NCBI GenBank assembly: GCA_964016885.1
Contig: OZ024757.1
Location: forward strand, 11,470,001-11,534,000
Source of the DNA: Eledone cirrhosa
Taxonomy: Eukaryota
Direction of reading: 5' to 3'
Length of the DNA: 64,000 bases
Positions 30,381 through 43,282 of the stretch are shown piece by piece (the stretch's first letter is position 1; every line of letters begins with the position of its first letter). Position numbers and translations under genes: made by a program. The notes beneath the pieces were generated by a model that saw nothing but the letters and a program-made list of their open reading frames with translations, searched no databases and was not told the DNA's origin.

Positions 30381-33300
30381 ATCATCATCATCATCATCAT
30401 CATCATCGTTTAACGTCCATATTCCACGCTTGCATGGGTTTGGACGGGAGTTTTCCCACTTGAGGCAAGAGTGGTTGTCCTGCTCATATAGGACTGTCTG
30501 GCAGGTTTCTACAGCTGGATGCCCTTCCTAACACCAACCACATTTACAGTGTGGAACTGGGAGGTTTTTAGCGTGTTACCTACACGGCCACATTACAGCG
30601 TGGACTGTGTGTTTTTTTTGTCGTGACACCTACACGCCCTCATTTGTTTCGGGCTGGATGTTGTGACACCAACATAACTTTACATTGAAAGGGGCGGTGT
30701 GGATGGGGTGGGGATAGTGGGATGGGGGTGTATTTTGTTAGAGGTGCCTACTGACTGTAGGTTTCGCTTTGTGCTTAGGTAAGGCGGGTCTTCTGTATCA
30801 CCGTGTAGCGCCAAAGATCTCGGTCCAGTGACATTGTATTGGAGAGGTGTAAGTGTGTGAGGTCGGAATTTATCAAGTCGTCCCAGGTTTTTCTGGGTCT
30901 GCCTACTCTGTGGCTACCGTCTATTTTATCGCCCTGCACTTTTTTTATACAGCTGTCGTCTTTCATGCGCATCACGTGACCATACCAACGTAGTCTTCTC
31001 TCGAGTAAACAACATCTGATCCCTCTTATTCCTAATTTCTCACTTAGTTCGTTTATGCTTTGCCGTTCACGTATATTACTATTACACATCCAGCGGAGCA
31101 TGCAAGCTTCGTTTCTCTCCAGTCTGCGTATATCCTCTGCACACAATGCCCAGGTCTCACTGCCATGTAACATTGCTGTTCGTATGCAGGCATCATACAG
31201 CCTGCCTTTCATTTTTAGAGAGAAACCTTTCGCTGCCAATAGTGGTGTAAGCTCTCTGAACTTTTTCCATCCCGTTCTGACTCTAGCTACTGTACTTTCA
31301 GAGCAAACTCCTCCACTGCTGATTTTGTCACCCAGGTAATGGAAGGTGTCCACTATTTCTATAGAACGATCTGTGAAATGGAATGAGCTAGTATTCTCTG
31401 GGCACTTGCTGTTATTTATTGCACCAGAGCACTGGCCACATATAAAATCTATATTCTTAGTTAGCTTACCTGTGATCCCACTACATCTTTTATGCACCCA
31501 TACTTTTCATTTGGGACATAACATGGAGTTTCTGCCTACTCCTCTCCTACACACTGAGCATGGCCATTTCCCAGATGAGACCGGTGCCCTATTTTCCTTC
31601 CTACAAACTAGAACTTTAGTCTTAGACAAGTTAACTTTAAGGCCTTTTAATTCTAGGTCATGCTTTCATGTTTGGAATTTCTTCTCTAGTTCAGCCATTG
31701 ATTCAGCTATGAGCGTTAGATCATCTGCATATAGGAGTTCCCATGGGCAGCCGGTCTTGAACTACTCTGTTATAGCCTGAAGGGCAATAATAGATAGTAG
31801 GGGGCTATGAACGGAGTCCTGATGAACACCAACTTTTACGCTAAACTCTTCACTATATTCGTTGTTAATTCTAACCTTGCTGACTGTTTCTTTGTACATG
31901 GCTTGTATAGCTCTCACAAGCCATTCATCTACTCCTACTTTTCTAAGGGCCCACCAGTTAATCGAGCGGGGGACTCTGTCGAAGGCTTTCTCCAAGTCAA
32001 CAAAAGCTAAGTATAGGGGTTTAATTTTAGCTAGGTACTTTTCTTGTAGTTGTACAATGAAAAAGCGTCTGTGGTAATTTTACCTGACACAACCAGAACT
32101 GCATTTCATCTAGATCAATTCGCTCTCTGATTAGTTGCGCTATTACTTTTTCTGTGACCTTCATGACCTGGTCGATTAATTTAATGCCTCTTTAGTTACT
32201 CCTATCTAGGGCATCTCCTTTACCCTTGTAGCAGTTAATGATGATGCTGCTACGCCAGTCCTTCGGAACAAACCCATTCTGTATGACTTGGTTTACTATC
32301 CGGGTGACCATAGTGTGTCCCAGCGGTCCAGCAACTATTTCTGAAGGCCCGGCCGCCTTGCCTGTCTTCATATCTTTGATTGCTTTACTTATTATACTAC
32401 CTTCAACTAGCACTGCTGGTCCCTCTATTGGATCGATGTGGGGGAGACTGTCTTTCTCCTATTTATTCTCCCCATTTAGTAGCCTTTCGTAGTGACACTT
32501 CCAAGCTACCTTCTTATCAGCGTCAGTGATGGCAAGTACACCATCATCATTAAGGACATACTTCTCCCCGACAATATCACTGTTTTCCTTGACACATTGC
32601 CTAGCAATCCTGAACACCTCACGTTTTTGGTCCTCGCGTTGTAGAACATGCTTGAACTTTCTTTCCTCTGCTTCCCTTCTTGCGAAGTACTCTTGTCTCC
32701 TAGCTTCCCTCCTGGCCACTTGATAGTCTTCTCTACTTCCTCCACCCGCCATACTTTCCAAGCCTGCTTTTTGGCCTTAATTAACTCCTCCACCTTACTA
32801 TTCCACCACCACGTTACTCTCCTCCTGCTTATAGGCCTGCTCCAGCCACAGACTTCATCTGCCGCCTTCAGCAGGTTAGCTTTCAGGAATACCTACTGTT
32901 CCTCTATATTGTACGACTCTAATTGCTCTTCCTTACTGTTGAAAGCATTAAGTAATATGCTTTTAAATTTATTACTGGCTGTGGGGCCCTTTAGCTTCAA
33001 TATTTTTCTCCTGAGGATAATCCTCCTCTGTTGTCGAGTACGTCTTGTCCTCACTATGAGGTCGCTGACTATGAGTCTATGTTGGGAGGTGCATTCTTCA
33101 TGTCACAGTAGTTCTATTTAGGACAAGTCTTATTTTAATTATTCTGTCGTTCACTCTATTTACGTCTATTATCTTATCTACCCATTTTTCTGCTAACATG
33201 ATTCCTACCCTACCCAGCCCATTTTCATTTCCCACCCAGAAAAGCTTATAGCATCGTTTTTTACCCAGAATGAATCTACCAGACCCGCCCCTCCACCTGG

Positions 33301-33790
33301 TCTCTTGGATACAGCAAACATCAACCTCCTTACGTTCAAGCATTTCTACAACCTCGTTAGAGCGACCTTTTAATGTGCCTACGTTCATGGTACCAACTCT
33401 GAAGTTTTGGATTGCGTTTGGTGGGTGGGAACGGTGGGGCGCGGGGGATGTGTTTGGGGTTATGTTGGCCATCCCCGGCTGAAACAAAGAGGAGGAGTCC
33501 TTGTCTTTTCGTCCGGCAGCATGTGGTGAATATGTCTTTATCTTTAGCATTGTCACTGAGTGTCCAGATTTTTCAGACTCTCCAGAATTCCTTAGTCCAT
33601 CCATCATGTCGGCAAGCAAACAGAAGTGATAGCATAGACCGCTGACTTATGATTGGTCCTAATAATAATGGTGGAGAGTGGGGGCGGGTAGGAGCGGTAT
33701 GGGGTAGTTAGCGAGAGGGTTTAAATGAAATCTTCGAATTTTGGGCATAATTGGAGAAGCATATAACAGTAATAATAAGCGAATAATGGG
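30381..33790 (-). mobile_element. Near full-length RTE family A copy (endonuclease internally deleted)
   Basis: Minus-strand N-terminus plus APE start (GTMNVGTL...IQETRW, 33098-33619), RT pieces down to 30775, then 3' UTR and (tca)n at 30381. Confidence 0.93.
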
Positions 33791-33914
33791 GTTTTAATAT
33801 ACAAGAAGATTATTTAGACACAACCAGACAGAATTATAGATTAGCATTGATATATATGTATATATATATATATACACATATATGTAAATATATATATATA
33901 TATATATATACATA

Positions 33915-34018
<104 letters not shown>

Positions 34019-34329
34019 TATGTATATATATATATATATATATATTTACATATATGTGTATATATATGTGTATATATATATATATATATGTTAGTGTTGG
34101 TATGCATATCCTATAGATCTATGTAAAATTTTTACAAACTATCAGAGGGAGTATACATACCTACACATATATATACTGTCTTCAGAAATAATGATGATCT
34201 ACATATATATATATATATATATATTTATTAAAATAACAGATTCAAGTTTAAGCAAATTTAGTCTTCAAATTTATTATTATTACTATATATATATATACAT
34301 ATATATACATATACATATATATATGTATA

Positions 34330-35053
34330 TAGAAAGATTTGAATGGATACAGTTTAGTTGAAAGGAATTTATTGACACGTGTTTCTATAACAGTTACATA
34401 ACCTGAAAACGGCTGCCATCTACAAAGTTTTAGTTATGCAGACATTCAATATTTCAATGTTATTATTTACTGTCATTTCATCAGAATAATATTACTGAGG
34501 ACCTATTTTGGTTTTTATAGAGAATATTAGGAGGGAGGGTGAAGTTGTTAGAAGAATAGTTGAGGGAGTGGTTTTTTGATAGCAGTGAGAATTTTTGGTG
34601 GCAGTGAGTAATTAGATTCCCATCTGTTGTTTTGACATTTTTATAGAATATATTATTGGTTATTTTTCTAAATTTATAGAAGGATTAGAGATAGTAAAGA
34701 TATGCGTGGTTGGTTTTGTGTTTGCACTTAATTAACATTCAGACTTAAATTTTTCTTTCAAGTGTACGTATCCTTTCACCCACGCATTCACACACAAATA
34801 TATTTGCACACCTCTACAAAATACATATACTCACATTCACATATTCATACTTACATACATATACACATGCATACATATATATATATATACACACATGTAT
34901 TCATGTACATACATACGCGTTCATGTGTATACATTTTCATACTCAACTTATCTTTATATACACACGTATAGACACACACATATATACATACATACTCTAG
35001 TCTATGTGTACACATATACACATACATACACATCTATACATATATACATATAT

Positions 35054-35110
<57 letters not shown>

Positions 35111-36411
35111 CACTTTAATACATGAATACACTTACATCTAACTATACACATCAAACATATATATATATTTACTTATTTATATACATTTTCACATATATAT
35201 ACATACTTATGGACGTTTTTAGACACATTCATTATCGCATATTTGCACCTATTCTCATCAGCATATCTTTCCATTATTAGTGTGGTAATTTAAGGTTATT
35301 AATATATGTTGAGAAGAGATTGTTTTTATATTTTTCTAACTAGATTGAGGTTTATATAGTTGGGGGGATGTCCCTCTTTTATGTAATATTCGGCTTGTAG
35401 TGGGAAAAAAGGGTTTTAGTTCTGTGACGGCAGAATAATGTTCGTTCAATTCTGTTATTCAGCAATTTCTTCTTGTGTGTGATTATGTAATAAATCTCAA
35501 GATTACACAATTTGCAGAAATTTTGGCTCCTGGAAAAGCTTTGGGTTTTAGCTAATTTCTCCCATTTTAGGGTAAACTTTTGATCGCTATCCCTGAGCGT
35601 CCAGGCTTTTTCTGCTAAAGTTGTTACATTTCTTTGGCTCTGGTGTTTTATTGAGTAAGAATGCCTATATAATCGAGATTTAAACGATGTTGCCGTTGAT
35701 CCTACGTAATACCACTCGTTGCCTCCGGATTTAATGGTACACTTATAAATAATATTTTTTTCCAGGCAGTTATTGCCGAGGGGGCAGTTGTCAGGATAGG
35801 TGCAGTTACAGTTGTGTACGTTGGGTTTTCTCTGGAGTAGTATTGCGGACGAACTTAGGTGTGGTTTATTTATGTTCTGTAGTGTATTGTCTACTGTTTT
35901 TTTTGTGTTCTTTGTACTTAAGTTCTTAGTATTTTCGTTTAACCTTCTAGTATTGATCTTTTTTATGTGTTGTTCAAGGTTTAACGCTGTAGAGTATGAC
36001 AGTCTTATAGTGGTAGGGTTTAGGATTTTGTGGTATTTGTGTGATGTAGGAAAATGTCTCTTAATTATTTTAAAGAAGAGTACTGGTAAATTTGTACTAA
36101 TAGAATTATTGTATTCGGGGTTATACCATAAGTACTCTTTGCATCGCTTTCTATTAGTTTTGTTTGTTGGTTTACTGGTGTGCATACTATGATAGTAAGT
36201 GTGGTTTGGTGTTGTGTTATTATATCTACCCATGTAGGATTTATTTTGGGTGTTTTGATTGTTCCCATCTATATACTCTATTTTGTTGAGGTAGCCTGCT
36301 TTACTAAGGGCGTTATCGTAGTACTCAGCGTGTTCCTTAAATACTTGTATGTTAGAAGATAGACCCGAGATTCTAAGGGAAATATTTTTAGGGATAGATT
36401 TAATTATAGAG
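34330..36411 (-). mobile_element. Penelope-like element, Hydra-like clade, 5'-truncated
   Basis: ORF 35379-~36411: SIIKSIPKNIS...WYNPEY...CNCTYPDNC (CxCx5C)...IIY...YVGST...KSRLYRH...CKLC (C-terminal GIY-YIG). An HHR lies in the 3' region. Confidence 0.88.
34369..34489 (-). ncRNA. Type I hammerhead with extended branched stem II
   Basis: Minus strand: UUAUU CUGAUGA A AUGACAGU...(~75 nt)...ACUGUUAU A GAAA CACGUG UC| AAUAA. Perfect core, 5-bp stem I, palindromic stem III, GUC cleavage site. Confidence 0.75.
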
Positions 36412-36711
36412 ATGTATGCGTGCATATATGTATGTGTACCTGTATGCATATGTGTATATATATATATATATGCATGCTTCTGTACGTCTGTATACATATA
36501 TGTATGTACGTATACATACATACTTACATTTAAGTAAGTGCCATACTAAGAGTGAGAAATGAAATTTCGTTTTCATTTTTTTTCAACTTATCGTTTTCGG
36601 TATGCCTGACCGATTTAACTCACTCAATATGCAAATTAGGCTGCTCAGCCGTTAATTTTCATAAGGAAAGTTTATACTTTCGAACGTTCAACTATCTGGC
36701 AGATGGGTAAA

Positions 36712-36752
36712 CGGTGCTGATGATAGCTAACAAGCTTGAAACTAGTACATCG
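36712..36752 (+). ncRNA. Minimal type I hammerhead ribozyme
   Basis: CGGUG CUGAUGA U AGCU(aaca)AGCU U GAAA CUAG UA| CAUCG. Confidence 0.85.
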
Positions 36753-36916
36753 TTCCTGTGTCAGTGTTGAACAAAAAGGTGACGTGGTTGCCTTAACACC
36801 GTATGGCATAAATTCAGGCTGTTCGCTTTGTTGACAAACAAACGAACAAAGCGGCCGGCGTTATAATAAACGTCGGCTAAACTGATGCGTGCATATATGT
36901 ATGTGTACCTGTATGC

Positions 36917-37009
<93 letters not shown>

Positions 37010-37245
37010 TGCTACTGTACGTCTGTATACATATATGTATGTACGTATACATACATACTTACATTTAAGTAAGTGCCATACTAAGAGTGAGAAATGAAAT
37101 TTCGTTTTCATTTTTTTCAACTTATCGTTTTCGGTATGCCTGACCGATTTAACTCACTCAATATGCAAATTAGGCTGCTCAGCCGTTAATTTTCATAAGG
37201 AAAGTATATACTTTCGAACGTTCAACAATCTGGCAGATGGGTAAA

Positions 37246-37286
37246 CGGTGCTGATGATAGCTAACAAGCGTGAAACTAGTACATCG
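37246..37286 (+). ncRNA. Minimal type I hammerhead ribozyme (stem II variant)
   Basis: Same motif as 36712 with AGCG in the 3' strand of stem II. Confidence 0.8.
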
Positions 37287-37450
37287 TTCCTGTGTCAGTG
37301 TTGAACAAAAAGGTGACGTGGTTGCCTTAACACCGTATGGCATAAATTCAGGCTGTTCGCTTTGTTGACAAACAAACGAACAAAGCGGCCGGCGTTATAA
37401 TAAACGTCGGCTAAACTGATGCGTGCATATATGTATGTGTACCTGCATGC

Positions 37451-37497
<47 letters not shown>

Positions 37498-37550
37498 TGC
37501 TACTGTACGTCTGTATACATATATGTATGTACGTATACATACATACTTAC

Positions 37551-37591
<41 letters not shown>

Positions 37592-37594
37592 ATG

Positions 37595-37643
<49 letters not shown>

Positions 37644-37648
<5 letters not shown>

Positions 37649-37824
37649 AACCAGTAAGACCCCGACAGCTGAGCTCAAGCCGTTTCGACGGCTAATTAGC
37701 CGTCGAAACGGCTTGAGCTCAGCTGTCGGGGTCTTACTGGTTCCTATTACCCACTCTACTACCTCAAGTATTGAGTACTTTGGTGCGTTATGGTCCACCT
37801 GGTTCCTTACCACATTTCCTTCGT

Positions 37825-37825
<1 letters not shown>
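37644..37825. mobile_element. Short fold-back insertion: perfect 104-bp palindrome plus ~78-bp tail
   Basis: 37644-37747 is a perfect palindrome centred on gctaa|ttagc; the right arm continues to 37825; both flanks are (TA)n. Confidence 0.8.
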
Positions 37826-37877
<52 letters not shown>

Positions 37878-37935
37878 ATATGCATTCATGTATATATGTG
37901 TGTGTCCGCATGTATCTGTGTGTTTCTAAATATAT

Positions 37936-38474
37936 TGTTAATAACTCCCTCTGGTCGAGCAATCTTTGAAGTGTGGGGATAGCTGGAAAGCTTCCATTAC
38001 TCATACTTCTCGCCTTCTTCACCACCTCTTCTGCGGCCTCGATATAAATACCCCCTCCGCCTCCGTGGTATTTTCTTCGAGGTTATAAGAGGCTTAGCTC
38101 TGTTTCTCGACCGTTATATCGCGTGACTATCTCCCCCTCCGCCTTTTGGGATTCTTTCTCACGTCGTGTAGACGCGTTCTTGGGACTAATAAAATGAGGT
38201 ATCCTCTTGATAAGTCGGCAGACCTCGCAGGGACTCTATATCTTTATGATATATTGTTTTTGTTTATGCCACGAAACTACGTAGTCGAGGAATTTAGGAG
38301 CAGTTTAGGTATGATACATTTTATTACTAATTATATCTAAATGTTTCTTCTCTCTTCATAATGTATTTTTAACTCTGATACTGGTTCAGTCTGGTTCAAC
38401 TGAATTGGTCTGTCCCAGTCATTCATTGAGCAACATCGGTGAAGTTGGCACCCTTAACTCACAGTTGGGTGCGG
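37936..38474 (+). mobile_element. Possible LTR remnant between 57-bp direct repeats
   Basis: Starts TG (37936), TATAAATA at ~38043, AATAAA at ~38188, CA at 38462-38463 followed by a TGG-like PBS. 37880-37936 is duplicated at 38475-38531. Confidence 0.35.
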
Positions 38475-38552
38475 ATGCATTCATGCATATATGTGTGTGT
38501 CCGCATGTATCTGTGTGTTTCTAAATATATTATATATATATATATATATATA

Positions 38553-39550
38553 TGGAATAGAATGAAACGAAATTTCATTTCTCACTCTTAGTACGGCACT
38601 TACTTAAATGTAAGTATGTATGTATACGTACATACATATATGTATACAGACGTACAGTAGTATGTATATATATATACATACATGCACACATATATATATG
38701 CACGTATCGGTTTACCGAACATTTATTATAATGCTGGGTTTGTTTGTTTGCAATATATATATATATATGTATATAATTGGTTATGCACGAGTGCATTAAT
38801 GTTTTCCAGGACACAGTGTTATGTACCGTGTAGGGGAATGTCAGCTTACAACAGAGTGGTGCTCAACGAAATGCAGAAAATAGGTGTATATTCGAGTTTA
38901 GCTATATTCCGGGGCGTCTATAAAGAATTAAAAAGAACAGAAAGATGCAGTAAAAGAGATTTATTCGGTTCTAACGTACGTTTCAATAGACATCAATTTG
39001 CCTAGATCTCGCTGCATCTATAATATTATATAGTTAGTAGAGCATTCGACATCCAATGCACAATCGATCCCATATCATCAGAGATTATGTTTCCGCACCA
39101 GAATGTTCAGGTTTTTATAGGAATTCATGTGAAGTTGAAGTAGAGAAGAAGGAGGATGTGACAAAGACGAGAGAGATAGGGGGGTTTTCATAGTTGTTGA
39201 GGTAAAACAGAGGGGAGGATAAAATATGATAATGAAGTCTAGATATGGACTAGTCCAACTGTGCGTGTGTGCTAGAGAGATGGTAGACGTTGATAGGATT
39301 ACGATCTATGATAGATGGAGGCAAGGGAGATTAGGTCGAGTGACTTGTAAAGTATGTAGGAGGAGATGTTGAATAGGGGAGATGTGGTTAATAGAAGGCA
39401 TAGCAATAATCCATGGGGATAGATAGAGGAAGGCAGAAGTCGCAGGATCAAATCAAGCCAGGTTTGTATTTCGAGAACGTAACCTTGAGTCTGTGATTGC
39501 AATATAGAGTCCTTTCCGTTCTGTTGTTGAGAAGAGTGTAATTGGATTTT
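38553..39550 (-). mobile_element. Non-coding PLE 3' region/pLTR sharing its terminus with the ~500-bp HHR unit
   Basis: 38553-38752 is a diverged copy of the unit end (also at 43285-43480 and 47581-47775); contains an HHR candidate. Confidence 0.6.
38966..39095 (-). ncRNA. Candidate hammerhead with extended stem II
   Basis: Minus strand: UCU CUGAUGA U AUGGGAUCGAUU...AAUUGAU(G)UCUAU U GAAA CGUACG UU| AGA. Stem I has only 3 bp plus a distal CGG/CCG pairing. Confidence 0.6.
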
Positions 39551-39552
39551 TG

Positions 39553-39600
<48 letters not shown>

Positions 39601-39618
39601 AATATATATATATACATG

Positions 39619-39654
<36 letters not shown>

Positions 39655-39810
39655 TTAGTTTAGCAAACAAGACCACGGAGGACATATATATATATGCATA
39701 TATATATATATATATGGATATATATATATGTATATATATATGTATATATATATGTATATATATATGTATATATATGTATATATATATGTATATATATATG
39801 TATATATATG

Positions 39811-39841
<31 letters not shown>

Positions 39842-39904
39842 GGTTCATTCCTCCATATATCTATAATCTCCCAGAATCAAAATGTTATTCATAATTGTAT
39901 TTCT

Positions 39905-42900
39905 ATAATTCTGTCTCACTGTTCTAAATAATCTTCCCGCTACCATTTTGGCCGAAAAATTTTTCCCGCATTCATAGAAATGGCCTCACTCTCTCTCGGC
40001 CCGCTAAAATCGCTTTCACCCTCACTCTCTATCTATCATATACGTCGCTCTCTAACACCCTCTCACTCCCTACGCACCAAATATAAATAAGCCTGCTCCT
40101 CGCAAACTACCCCACACCCCTCCCCTACTCTCCACCTTATTATCTGGACCAATCACAAGCCTATGCTATCACTTCTGGTTGCTTTTCGACATGATGGATG
40201 GACTAAGGAATTTCTGGAGAGTCTGAAGAATCTGGACACACGAAGAGAATGCCAAAGATAAAGACAAATTCACCTCATGCTGCCGGACGATGGGCAAGGG
40301 CCCCTCCTCTTTGTTGCGGCCGCGGATGGCCAACATAACCCCAAACACATCCACCTCACCGCTCTCTGTGCCCCACCCACCAAACGCAATCCAAAACTTC
40401 AGAGTTGGTACTAGGAATGTAGGCACCTTAAAAGGCCGCTCTAACGAGGTTGTAGAAATACTTGAACGTAAGGAGGTTGATGTTTGCTGTATCCAAGAGA
40501 CCAGGTGGAGGGGCGGGTCTGCTAGATTCATTGTGGGTAAAACACGATGCTATAATCTTTTCTGGGTGGGAAATGACAATGTCTGTTGTAAACACTAAAC
40601 AATGTCTGTTGTAAACACTAAATCCCTCCCCCATGAAGAATGCACCTCCCAACATAGACTCATAATTAGCGACCTCATAGTCAGGACGAGACGTACTCGA
40701 CAGCAGAAGAGGACTATCCTCAGGAGAAAAATATGGAAGCTAAAGGACCCCACAGCCAGAAATAAATTTAAAAGCATATCACTTGATGCTTTCGACAGTA
40801 AGGAAGAGCATTTAGAGTCGTACAATATAGAGGAACAGTGGGAATTCCTGAAAGCAAACCTGCTGATGGCGGCAGACGAAGTCTGTGGCTGGAGCAGGCA
40901 TATAGGCAGGAGGAGAGTAACATGGTGGTAGAACAGCAAGGTGGAGGAGTCAATTAAGGCCAAAAAGCAGACTTGGAAAGTATGGCGGGATGGGGGAAGT
41001 AGAGAAGACTATCAAGTGGCCAGGAGGGAATCTAGGAGACAAGTGTACTTCGCAGGAAGGGAAGCAGAGGAAAGAAAGTTCAAGCATGTTCTACAACGCG
41101 AGGACAAAAAACGTGATATGTTCATGATTGCTAGGCAATGTGTCAAGGAAAACCGTGATATTGTCGGGGAGAAGTGTGTACTTAATGATGATGGTATACT
41201 TGCCATCACTGACGCTGATAAGAAGGTAGCTTGGAAGTGTAAATACGAAAGGCTACTAAATGAGGAGAATAAATGGGAGAAAGACAGTCTCCCCCACATC
41301 GACCCAATAGAGGGACCAGCAGTGTTAGTCGAAGGTAGTATAATAAGTAAGGCAATCAAAGATATGAAGACGGGTAAGGCGGCTGGGCCTTCGGAAATAG
41401 TTGCTGAGATGCTGAAAGCCTCTGGAACGGTGAGACACACCATGGTCACCCGGATAGTAAACCAAGTCATACAGAATGGGGTTGTTCCGAAGGACTGGCG
41501 TAGCAGCATCATCATTAACTGTTACAAGGGTAAAGGAGATGCCCTAGACAGGATTAAATATAGAGGCATTAAATTAATCGACCAGGTCATGAAGGTCACG
41601 GAAAAAGTAATAGCGCAACTAATCAGAGAGAGAATTGATCTAGATGAAATGCAGTTCGGGTTTGTGGCAGGCAAAAGTACAACAGACGCTCTTTTCATTG
41701 TACGACAACTACAGGAGAAGTACCTAGCTAAAAGTAAACCCCTATACCTAGCTTTTGTCGACTTGGAGAAAGCCTTCGACAGAGTCCCCCGTTCCATTAT
41801 CTGGTGGGCTTTTAGAAAACTAGGTGTTCATGAATGGCTTGTGAGAGCTATACAAGCCATGTATAAAGAAACAGTCAGCAAGGTTAGAATTAACAACGAA
41901 TATAGTGAAGAGTTTAGCGTAAAAGTTGGTGTTCATCAGGGCTCCGTTCTTAGCCCCCTACTATTTATTATTGCCCTTCAGGCTATAACAGTGGAGTTCA
42001 AGACCGGCTGCCCATGGGAACTCCTATATGCAGATGATATAACGCTCATGGCTGAATCAGTGGCCGAACTAGAGAAGAAATTCCAAACATGGAAGCACGG
42101 CCTACAATAAAAAGGCCTTAAAATTAACCTGGCTAAGACTAAAGTTTTAGTTTGTAGGAAGGAAAATAGGGCACCGGTCCCACCCGGGAAATGGCCATGC
42201 TCAGTGTGTAGGAAAGGCGTATGTAGAAACTCCATTTTATGTCCCAAATGCACATAAAATGGAGTTTCTACCTAGTGCCCACAGAATACTAGCTCTTTCA
42301 ATTGCACAGAGGGTTCTATAGAAATAGTGGACAGCTTCCGTTACCTGGGTGACAAAATCAGCAGTGGGGGAGGGTTCTCTGAAAGTACAGTAGCTAGAGT
42401 CAGAACGGGATGGAAAAAGTTCAGAGAGCTTATACCACTATTAGCCACTAAAGGGTTCTCCCTAAAAATGAAAGGCAGGCTGTAAGATGCCTGCATACGA
42501 ACAGATATTGTGGCATGGCAGTGTGACCTGGGCATTGTGTGCAGAGGATATACGCAGACTAGAGAGGAACGAAGCTTGCATGCTCCGCTGTATGTGTAAT
42601 AGTAATAGTAATATACGTGAACAGCAATTAAAATTTAAAATAAGAGGGATCAGATGTTGTTTACTCGAGAGAAGACTACGTTGGTATGGTCACGTGATGC
42701 GCATGAAAGACGACAGCTGTATAAAAAAGTGCAGGGCAATAAAAATAGACGGTAGCCACGGAGTAGGCAGACCCAGAAAAACCCGGGACGACTTGATAAA
42801 TTCCGACCATTCATACTTACACATCTCCAAGACAATGTCACTGGACCGAGATCTTTGGCGGTACTCAGTAATAGAGAAGACCTGCCTTACCTAAGTACAA

Positions 42901-43246
42901 AGTAAAACCTACTACATCAGTAGGCACCTCTAACAAAATCCACCCCCGTCCCACTACCCCCACCCCATCCACACCGCCCCTTCAATGTAAAGTTATGTTG
43001 GTGTCACAACATCCAGCCCGAAACAAATGAGGGCGTGTAGGTGTCACGACAAAAAAACACACAGTCCACGCTGTAATGTGGCCGTGTAGGTAACACGCTA
43101 AAAACCTCCCAGTTCCACACTGTAAATGTGGTTGGTGTTAGGAAGGGCATCTAGCTGTAGAAACCTGCCAGACAGTCCTATATGAGCAGGACAAGCGCTC
43201 TTGCCTCAAGTGGGAAAACTCCCGTCCAAACCCATGGACGTTAAAC

Positions 43247-43282
<36 letters not shown>
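39905..43282 (+). mobile_element. Near full-length RTE family A copy (endonuclease internally deleted)
   Basis: ATG at 40191 (MMDGLRN...), APE start 40290-40598, RT ORF 40941-42110 (YADD), C-terminus to 42894, then 3' UTR and (gat)n. Confidence 0.94.

Larger units (their letters stand above)
36416..37553 (+). mobile_element. Two head-to-tail ~534-bp non-coding HHR-bearing units (retrozyme-like)
   Basis: Direct repeat with internal (TA)n; HHRs at 36712 and 37246; the same unit forms the 45066-47387 array. Confidence 0.85.

Noticed and set aside
35250-35270. Minus-strand CTGATGAG downstream of the Hydra-like ORF
   Set aside because: No matching stem II/GAAA/stem I was found nearby.
35379-36411. 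Selenocysteine-encoding or N-terminal-endonuclease (Naiad-type) PLE
   Set aside because: The endonuclease is C-terminal and the Cys positions use normal codons, with no in-frame TGA.
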